Below are positions 53,701 through 64,000 of a stretch of DNA of 64,000 nt, piece after piece. Within the stretch, counting starts at the first letter, position 1; each line of letters begins with the position of its first letter. The notes under the pieces were generated by a model. The model ran no database searches. It saw only the letters and a list, made by a program, of their open reading frames with translations, and was not told the DNA's origin. Source of the DNA: Eledone cirrhosa (Eukaryota); contig OZ024742.1 of the NCBI GenBank assembly GCA_964016885.1, positions 341,496,001 to 341,560,000 on the forward strand, read 5' to 3'. Position numbers and translations under genes: made by a program.

Positions 53701-56700
53701 TTAGTATGGTAGGGATATATCTTGTTAGTGTGATATGGATATATCTTGTTAGTATGGTAGGGATATATCTTGTTAGTATGGTAGGGATATATCTTGTTAG
53801 TGTGGTAGGGATATATCTTGTTAGTGTCATAGGGATATATCTTGTTAGTGTAGTAGGGATATATCTTGTTAGTGTGATAGGGATATATCTTTTTAGTGTG
53901 GTAGGGATATATCTTGTTAGTGTGGTAGGGATATATCTTGTTAGTATGGTAGAGATATATCTTGTTAGTGTGATAGGGATATATCTTGTTAGTGTGATAT
54001 GGATATATCTTGTTAGTATGATAGGGATATATCTTGTTAGTATGGTAGGGATATATCTTGTTAGTGTGATAAGGATATATCTTGTTAGTATAGTAGTGAT
54101 ATATCTTGTTAGTATGGTAGCGATATATCTTGTTAGTATGGTAGTGATATATCTTCTTAGTATGGTAGGGATATATCTTGTTAGTGTGATAGGGATATAT
54201 CTTGTTAGTATGGTAGGGATGTATCTTGTTAGTATGCTAGGGATATATCTTGTTAGTATGGTAGGGATATATCTTGTTAGTGTGGTAGGGATATATCTTG
54301 TTAGTGTGATAGGGATATATCTTGTTAGTGTAGTAGGGATATATCTTGTTATTGTGATAGGGATATATCTTGTTAGTGTGGTAGGGATATATCTTGTTAA
54401 TGTCAGAGGGATATATCTTGTTAGTGTGGTAGGGATATATCTTGTTAGTGTGGTAGGGATATATCTTGTTAGAGTGGAAGTGATATATCTTGTTAGTGTG
54501 ATAGAGATATATCTTGTTAGTGTGGTAGGGATATATCTTGTTAGTGTGATAGGGATATATCTTGTTAGTATGGTAGGGATATATCTTGTTAGTGTGATAG
54601 GGATATATCTTGTTAGTGTGATAGGGATATATCTTGTTAGTATGGTAGTGATATATCTTGTTAGTGTGATAGGGATATATCTTTTTAGTATGGTAGGGAT
54701 ATATCTTGTTAGTGTGATAGGGATATAGGTTGTTAGTGTGATAGTGATATATCTTGTTAGTGTGGTAGGGATATATCTTGTTAGTGTGATAGGGATATAT
54801 CTGGTTAGTGTCATAGGGATATATCTTGTTAGTGTGACAGGGATATATCTTCTTATTGTGAAAGGGATATATCTTGTTAGTGTGACAGGGATATATCTTG
54901 TTATTGTGAAAGGGATATATCTTGTTAGTGTGACAGGGATATATCTTGTTAGTGTGATAGGGATATATCTTGTTAGTGTGGTAGGGATATATCTTGTTAG
55001 TATGGTAGAGATATATCTTGTTAGTGTGATAGGGATATATCTTGTTAGTGTGATAGGGATATATCTTGTTAGTGTGGTAGGGATATATCTTGTTAGTATG
55101 GTAGAGATATATCTTGTTAGTGTGATAGGGATATATCTTGTTAGTGTGATAGGGATATATCTTGTTAGTGTGATAGGGATATATCTTGTTAGTGTGATAG
55201 GGATATATCTTGTTAGTGTGATAGAGATATATCTTGTTAGTGTGGTAGGGATATATCTTGTTAGTATGGTAGTGATATATCTTGTTAGTATGGTAGGGAT
55301 ATATCTTGTTAGTGTGATATGGATATATCTTGTTAGTATGGTAGGGATATATCTTGTTAGTATGGTAGGGATATATCTTGTTAGTGTGGTAGGGATATAT
55401 CTTGTTAGTGTCATAGGGATATATCTTGTTAGTGTAGTAGGGATATATCTTGTTAGTGTGATAGGGATATATCTTTTTAGTGTGGTAGGGATATATCTTG
55501 TTAGTGTGGTAGGGATATATCTTGTTAGTATGGTAGAGATATATCTTGTTAGTGTGATAGGGATATATCTTGTTAGTGTGATATGGATATATCTTGTTAG
55601 TATGATAGGGATATATCTTGTTAGTATGGTAGGGATATATCTTGTTAGTGTGATAAGGATATATCTTGTTAGTATAGTAGTGATATATCTTGTTAGTATG
55701 GTAGGGATATATCTTGTTAGTATGGTAGTGATATATCTTCTTAGTATGGTAGGGATATATCTTGTTAGTGTGATAGGGATATATCTTGTTAGTATGGTAG
55801 GGATGTATCTTGTTAGTATGCTAGGGATATATCTTGTTAGTATGGTAGGGATATATCTTGTTAGTGTGGTAGGGATATATCTTGTTAGTGTGATAGGGAT
55901 ATATCTTGTTAGTGTAGTAGGGATATATCTTGTTATTGTGATAGGGATATATCTTGTTAGTGTGGTAGGGATATATCTTGTTAATGTCAGAGGGATATAT
56001 CTTGTTAGTGTGGTAGGGATATATCTTGTTAGTGTGGTAGGGATATATCTTGTTAGAGTGGAAGTGATATATCTTGTTAGTGTGATAGAGATATATCTTG
56101 TTAGTGTGGTAGGGATATATCTTGTTAGTGTGATAGGGATATATCTTGTTAGTATGGTAGGGATATATCTTGTTAGTGTGATAGGGATATATCTTGTTAG
56201 TGTGATAGGGATATATCTTGTTAGTATGGTAGTGATATATCTTGTTAGTGTGATAGGGATATATCTTTTTAGTATGGTAGGGATATATCTTGTTAGTGTG
56301 ATAGGGATATAGGTTGTTAGTGTGATAGTGATATATCTTGTTAGTGTGGTAGGGATATATCTTGTTAGTGTGATAGGGATATATCTGGTTAGTGTCATAG
56401 GGATATATCTTGTTAGTGTGACAGGGATATATCTTCTTATTGTGAAAGGGATATATCTTGTTAGTGTGACAGGGATATATCTTGTTATTGTGAAAGGGAT
56501 ATATCTTGTTAGTGTGACAGGGATATATCTTGTTAGTGTGATAGGGATATATCTTGTTAGTGTGGTAGGGATATATCTTGTTAGTATGGTAGAGATATAT
56601 CTTGTTAGTGTGATAGGGATATATCTTGTTAGTGTGATAGGGATATATCTTGTTAGTGTGGTAGGGATATATCTTGTTAGTATGGTAGAGATATATCTTG

Positions 56701-59700
56701 TTAGTGTGATAGGGATATATCTTGTTAGTGTGATAGGGATATATCTTGTTAGTGTGATAGGGATATATCTTGTTAGTGTGATAGGGATATATCTTGTTAG
56801 TGTGGTAGGGATATATCTTGTTATTATGGTAGAGATATATCTTGTTAGTGTGATAGGGATATATCTTGTTAGTGTGATAGGGATATATCTTGTTAGTATG
56901 ATAGGGATATATCTTGTTAGTATGGTAGGGATATATCTTGTTAGTGTGATAGGGATATATCTTGTTAGTGTGATAGAGATATATCTTGTTAGTGTGGTAG
57001 GGATATATCTTGTTAGTATAGTAGTGATATATCTTGTTAGTATGGTAGGGATATATCTTCTTAGTGTGATAGGGATATATCTTGTTAATGTGGTAGGGAT
57101 ATATCTTGTTAGTATGGTAGGGATATATCTTGTTAGTGTGATAGGGATATATCTTGTTAGTGTGATAGAGATATATCTTGTTAGTGTGGTAGGGATATAT
57201 CTTGTTAGTATGGTAGTGATATATCTTGTTAGTATGGTAGGGATATATCTTGTTAGTGTGATATGGATATATCTTGTTAGTATGGTAGGGATATATCTTG
57301 TTAGTATGGTAGGGATATATCTTGTTAGTGTGGTAGGGATATATCTTGTTAGTGTCATAGGGATATATCTTGTTAGTGTAGTAGGGATATATCTTGTTAG
57401 TGTGATAGGGATATATCTTTTTAGTGTGGTAGGGATATATCTTGTTAGTGTGGTAGGGATATATCTTGTTAGTATGGTAGAGATATATCTTGTTAGTGTG
57501 ATAGGGATATATCTTGTTAGTGTGATATGGATATATCTTGTTAGTATGATAGGGATATATCTTGTTAGTATGGTAGGGATATATCTTGTTAGTGTGATAA
57601 GTATATATCTTGTTAGTATAGTAGTGATATATCTTGTTAGTATGGTAGGGATATATCTTGTTAGTATGGTAGTGATATATCTTCTTAGTATGGTAGGGAT
57701 ATATCTTGTTAGTGTGATAGGGATATATCTTGTTAGTATGGTAGGGATATATCTTGTTAGTATGCTAGGGATATATCTTGTTAGTATGGTAGGGATATAT
57801 CTTGTTAGTGTGGTAGGGATATATCTTGTTAGTGTGATAGGGATATATCTTGTTAGTGTAGTAGGGATATATCTTGTTATTGTGATAGGGATATATCTTG
57901 TTAGTGTGGTAGGGATATATCTTGTTAGTATGGTAGGGATATATCTTGTTAGTATGGTAGAGATATAACTTGTTAGTGTGATAGGATATATCTTGTTAGT
58001 GTGATAGGGATATATCTTGTTAGTATGGTAGGGATATATCTTGTTAGTGTGGTAGAGATATATCTTGTTAGTGTGATAGGATATATCTTGTTAGTGTGGT
58101 AGGGATATATCTTGTTAGTATAGTAGTGATATATCTTGTTAGTATGGTAGAGATATATCTTGTTAGTGTGATAGGATATATCTTGTTAGTGTGATAGGGA
58201 TATATCTTGTTAGTGTGGTAGGGATATATCTTGTTAATGTCAGAGGGATATATCTTGTTAGTGTGGTAGGGATATATCTTGTTAGTGTGGTAGGGATATA
58301 TCTTGTTAGAGTGGAAGTGATATATCTTGTTAGTGTGATAGAGATATATCTTGTTAGTGTGGTAGGGATATATCTTGTTAGTGTGATAGGGATATATCTT
58401 GTTAGTATGGTAGGGATATATCTTGTTAGTGTGGTAGGGATATATCTTGTTAGTGTGATAGGGATATATCTTGTTAGTGTGATAGGGATATATCTTGTTA
58501 GTATGGTAGGGATATAACGTGTTAGTATGGTAGTGATATATCTTGTTAGTGTGATAGGGATATATCTTGTTAGTGTGATAGAGATATATCTTGTTAGTGT
58601 GGTAGGGATATATCTTGTTAGTATGGTAGTGATATATCTTGTTAGTATGGTAGGGATATGTCTTGTTAGTGTGATATGGATATATCTTGTTAGTATGGTA
58701 GGGATATATCTTGTTAGTATGGTAGGGATATATCTTGTTAGTGTGGTAGGGATATATCTTGTTAGTGTCATAGGGATATATCTTGTTAGTGTAGTAGGGA
58801 TATATCTTGTTATTGTGATAGGGATATATCTTGTTAGTGTGGTAGGGATATATCTTATTAGTATGGTAGGGATATATCTTGTTAGTATGGTAGAGATATA
58901 TCTTGTTAGTGTGATAGGATATATCTTGTTAGTGTGATAGGGATATATCTTGTTAGTATGGTAGGGATATATCTTGTTAGTATGGTAGGGATATATCTTG
59001 TTAGTATGGTAGGGATATATCTTGTTAGTGTGGTAGAGATATATCTTGTTAGTGTGATAGGATATATCTTGTTAGTGTGGTAGGGATATATCTTGTTAGT
59101 ATGATAGGGATATATCTTGTTAGTGTCATAGGGATATATCTTGTTAGTGTGATAAGGATATATCTTGTTAGTATAGTAGTGATATATCTTGTTAGTATGG
59201 TAGTGATATATCTTCTTAGTATGGTAGGGATATATCTTCTTAGTGTGATAGGGATATATCGTGTTAGTGTGATAGAGATATATCTTGTTAGTATGGTAGG
59301 GATATATCTTGTTAGTATGGTAGGGATATATCTTGTTAGTGTGATAGGGATATATCTTGTTAGTGTGATAGGGATATATCTTGTTAGTGTGATAGGGATA
59401 TATCTTGTTAGTGTGATAGGGATATATCTTGTTAGTGTGGTAGGGATATATCTTGTTAATGTCAGAGGGATATATCTTGTTAGTGTGGTAGGGATATATC
59501 TTGTTAGTGTGGTAGGGATATATCTTGTTAGAGTGGAAGTGATATATCTTTTTAGTGTGATAGAGATATATCTTGTTAGTGTGGTAGGGATATATCTTGT
59601 TAGTGTGATAGGGATATATCTTGTTAGTATGGTAGGGATATATCTTGTTAGTGTGATAGGGATATATCTTGTTAGTGTGATAGGGATATATCTTGTTAGT

Positions 59701-62700
59701 ATGGTAGTGATATATCTTGTTAGTGTGATAGGGATATATCTTTTTAGTATGGTAGGGATATATCTTGTTAGTGTGATAGGGATATATCTGGTTAGTGTCA
59801 TAGGGATATATCTTGTTAGTGTGACAGGGATATATCTTGTTATTGTGAAAGGGATATATCTTGTTAGTGTGACAGGGATATATCTTGTTATTGTGAAAGG
59901 GATATATCTTGTTAGTGTGACAGGGATATATCTTGTTATTGTGAAAGGGATATATCTTGTTAGTGTGACAGGGATATATCTTGTTATTGTGAAAGGGATA
60001 TATCTTGTTAGTGTGATAGGGATATATCTTGTTAGTATGGTAGTGATATATCTTGTTAGTGTGATAGGGATATATCTTGTTAGTATGATAGGAATATATC
60101 TTTTTAGTATGGTAGGGATATATCTTGTTAGTGTGATAGGGATATATCGTGTTAGTGTGATAGAGATATATCTTGTTAGTGTGGTAGGGATATATCTTGT
60201 TAGTATGGTAGTGATATATCTTGTTAGTATGGTAGTTATATATCTTGTTAGTGTGATAGGGATATATCTTGTTAGTGTGATAGGGATATATCTTGTTAGT
60301 GTGGTAGGGATATATCTTGTTAGTATGGTAGAGATATATCTTGTTAGTGTGATAGGGATATATCTTGTTAGTGTGATAGGGATATATCTTGTTAGTATGA
60401 TAGGGATATATTTTGTTAGTATGGTAGGGATATATCTTGTTAGTGTGATAGGGATATATCTTGTTAGTGTGATAGAGATATATCTTGTTAGTGTGGTAGG
60501 GATATATCTTGTTAGTATAGTAGTGATATATCTTGTTAGTATGGTAGGGATATATCTTCTTAGTGTGATAGGGATATATCTTGTTAGTGTGGTAGGGATA
60601 TATCTTGTTAGTATGGTAGGGATATATCTTGTTAGTGTGATAGGGATATATCTTGTTAGTGTGATAGGGATATATCTTGTTAGTATGGTAGGGATATAAC
60701 GTGTTAGTATGGTAGTGATATATCTTGTTAGTGTGATAGGGATATATCTTGTTAGTGTGATAGAGATATATCTTGTTAGTGTGGTAGGGATATATCTTGT
60801 TAGTATGGTAGTGATATATCTTGTTAGTATGGTAGGGATATGTCTTGTTAGTGTGATATGGATATATCTTGTTAGTATGGTAGGGATATATCTTGTTAGT
60901 ATGGTAGGAATATATCTTGTTAGTGTCATAGGGATATATCTTGTTAGTGTAGTAGGGATATATCTTGTTATTGTGATAGGGATATATCTTGTTAGTGTGG
61001 TAGGGATATATCTTGTTAGTATGGTAGGGATATATCTTGTTAGTATGGTAGAGATATATCTTGTTAGTGTGATAGGAAATATCTTGTTAGTGTGATAGGG
61101 ATATATCTTGTTAGTATGGGAGGGATATATCTTGTTAGTATGGTAGGGATATATCTTGTTAGTATGGTAGGGATATATCTTGTTAGTGTGGTAGAGATAT
61201 ATCTTGTTAGTGTGATAGGATATATCTTGTTAGTGTGGTAGGGATATATCTTGTTAGTATGATAGGGATATATCTTGTTAGTGTCGTAGGGATATATCTT
61301 GTTAGTGTGATAAGGATATATCTTGTTAGTATAGTAGTGATATATCTTGTTAGTATGGTAGGGATATATCTTGTTAGTATGGTAGTGATATATCTTCTTA
61401 GTATGGTAGGGATATATCTTCTTAGTGTGATAGGGATATATCGTGTTAGTGTGATAGAGATATATCTTGTTAGTATGGTAGGGATATATCTTGTTAGTAT
61501 GGTAGGGATATATCTTGTTAGTGTGATAGGGATATATCTTGTTAGTGTGATAGGGATATATCTTGTTAGTGTGATAGGGATATATCTTGTTAGTGTGATA
61601 GGGATATATCTTGTTAGTGTGGTAGGGATATATCTTGTTAATGTCAGAGGGATATATCTTGTTAGTGTGGTAGGGATATATCTTATTAGTGTGGTAGGGA
61701 TATATCTTGTTAGAGTGGAAGTGATATATCTTGTTAGTGTGATAGAGATATATCTTGTTAGTGTGGTAGGGATATATCTTGTTAGTGTGATAGGGATATA
61801 TCTTGTTAGTATGGTAGGGATATATCTTGTTAGTGTGATAGGGATATATCTTGTTAGTGTGATAGGGATATATCTTGTTAGTATGGTAGTGATATATCTT
61901 GTTAGTGTGATAGGGATATATCTTTTTAGTATGGTAGGGATATATCTTGTTAGTGTGATAGGGATATATCTGGTTAGTGTCATAGGGATATATCTTGTTA
62001 GTGTGACAGGGATATATCTTGTTATTGTGAAAGGGATATATCTTGTTAGTGTGACAGGGATATATCTTGTTATTGTGAAAGGGATATATCTTGTTAGTGT
62101 GACAGGGATATATCTTGTTATTGTGAAAGGGATATATCTTGTTAGTGTGACAGGGATATATCTTGTTATTGTGAAAGGGATATATCTTGTTAGTGTGATA
62201 GGGATATATCTTGTTAGTATGGTAGTGATATATCTTGTTAGTGTGATAGGGATATATCTTGTTAGTATGATAGGGATATATCTTTTTAGTATGGTAGGGA
62301 TATATCTTGTTAGTGTGATAGGGATATATCGTGTTAGTGTGATAGAGATATATCTTGTTAGTGTGGTAGGGATATATCTTGTTAGTATGGTAGTGATATA
62401 TCTTGTTAGTATGGTAGTTATATATCTTGTTAGTGTGATAGGGATATATCTTGTTAGTGTGATAGGGATATATCTTGTTAGTGTGGTAGGGATATATCTT
62501 GTTAGTATGGTAGAGATATATCTTGTTAGTGTGATAGGGATATATCTTGTTAGTGTGATAGGGATATATCTTGTTAGTATGATAGGGATATATTTTGTTA
62601 GTATGGTAGGGATATATCTTGTTAGTGTGATAGGGATATATCTTGTTAGTGTGATAGAGATATATCTTGTTAGTGTGGTAGGGATATATCTTGTTAGTAT

Positions 62701-64000
62701 AGTAGTGATATATCTTGTTAGTATGGTAGGGATATATCTTCTTAGTGTGATAGGGATATATCTTGTTAGTGTGGTAGGGATATATCTTGTTAGTATGGTA
62801 GGGATATATCTTGTTAGTGTGATAGGGATATATCTTGTTAGTGTGATAGAGATATATCTTGTTAGTGTGGTAGGGATATATCTTGTTAGTATGGTAGTGA
62901 TATATCTTGTTAGTATGGTAGGGATATATCTTGTTAGTGTGATATGGATATATCTTGTTAGTATGCTAGGGATATATCTTGTTAGTATGGTAGGGATATA
63001 TCTTGTTAGTGTGGTAGGGATATATCTTGTTAGTGTCATAGGAATATATCTTGTTAGTGTAGTAGGGATATATCTTGTTATTGTGATAGGGATATATCTT
63101 GTTAGTGTGGTAGGGATATATCTTGTTAGTATGGTAGGGATATATCTTGTTAGTATGGTAGAGATATATCTTGTTAGTGTGATAGGATATATCTTGTTAG
63201 TGTGATAGGGATATATCTTGTTAGTATGGTAGGGATATATCTTGTTAGTATGGTAGGGATATATCTTGTTAGTATGGTAGGGATATATCTTGTTAGTGTG
63301 GCAGAGATATATCTTGTTAGTGTGATAGGATATATCTTGTTAGTGTGGTAGGGATATATCTTGTTAGTATGATAGGGATATATCTTGTTAGTATCGTAGG
63401 GATATATCTTGTTAGTGTGATAAGGATATATCTTGTTAGTAAAGTAGTGATATATCTTGTTAGTATGGTAGGGATATATCTTGTTAGTATGGTAGTGATA
63501 TATCTTCTTAGTATGGTAGCGATATATCTTCTTAGTGTGATAGGGATATATCGTGTTAGTGTGATAGAGATATATCTTGTTAGTATGGTAGGGATATATC
63601 TTGTTAGTATGGTAGGGATATATCTTGTTAGTGTGATAGGGATATATCTTGTTAGTGTGGTAGGGATATATCTTGTTAGAGTGGAAGTGATATATCTTGT
63701 TAGTGTGATAGAGATATATCTTGTTAGTGTGGTAGGGATATATCTTGTTAGTGTGATAAGGATATATCTTGTTAGTATGGTAGGGATATATCTTGTTAGT
63801 GTGATAGGGATATATCTTGTTAGTGTGATAGGGATATATCTTGTTAGTATGGTAGTGATATATCTTGTTAGTGTGATAGGGATATATCTTTTTAGTATGG
63901 TAGGGATATATCTTGTTAGTGTGATAGGGATATAGGTTGTTAGTGTGATAGTGATATATCTTGTTAGTGTGGTAGGGATATATCTTGTTAGTGTGATAGG
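32720..64000. repeat. 24-bp satellite array, consensus TCTTGTTAGT(G/A)TG(A/G)TAGGGATATA, over 31 kb and running off the window
   Basis: About 1300 head-to-tail monomers in one orientation with a sharp left boundary. Occasional 23-bp monomers occur and variant blocks recur. Confidence 0.98.

Noticed and set aside
32873-63935. Very long ORFs (up to 1483 aa) of VSVIGIYL / LTRYIPIT / HTNKIYPY repeats
   Set aside because: The 24-bp monomer is a multiple of three and lacks stops in some frames. ORFs are open on both strands and break wherever a 23-bp monomer occurs, so there is no evidence of coding.
32720-64000. CRISPR-like array (constant part plus variable part)
   Set aside because: The variable part is a few substitutions in a fixed monomer rather than unique spacers. 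The context is eukaryotic and there are no cas genes.

Overview
Eukaryotic, AT-rich, microsatellite-dense animal DNA with no host gene I can support. The SINE-like repeats and (TA)n/(CA)n load resemble an octopus or other cephalopod genome, which is inference only. Bases 1-32.7 kb are a nest of decayed mobile elements: a near-full-length L1/Tx1-type LINE in an (ATT)n tract, a 3'-truncated CsRn1-like Ty3/gypsy element (LTR, tRNA-Trp PBS, CHCC gag, protease), two Penelope-like elements (RT plus C-terminal GIY-YIG), tRNA-type SINE fragments, a mariner remnant and a Helitron-like end. Bases 32,720-64,000 are one uninterrupted 24-bp satellite with kilobase-scale higher-order duplications, and its long ORFs are repeat artefacts. 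The most interesting signal is a set of six fold-back (palindromic) insertions, belonging to five apparently unrelated sequence families. They sit in (TA)n-rich tracts with 3' ends pointing outward, most carry type I hammerhead ribozyme motifs, and one arm always has an extra terminal tail. One family is demonstrably the 3' end of the adjacent Penelope-like element. All coordinates were read by eye and may be off by a few bases.
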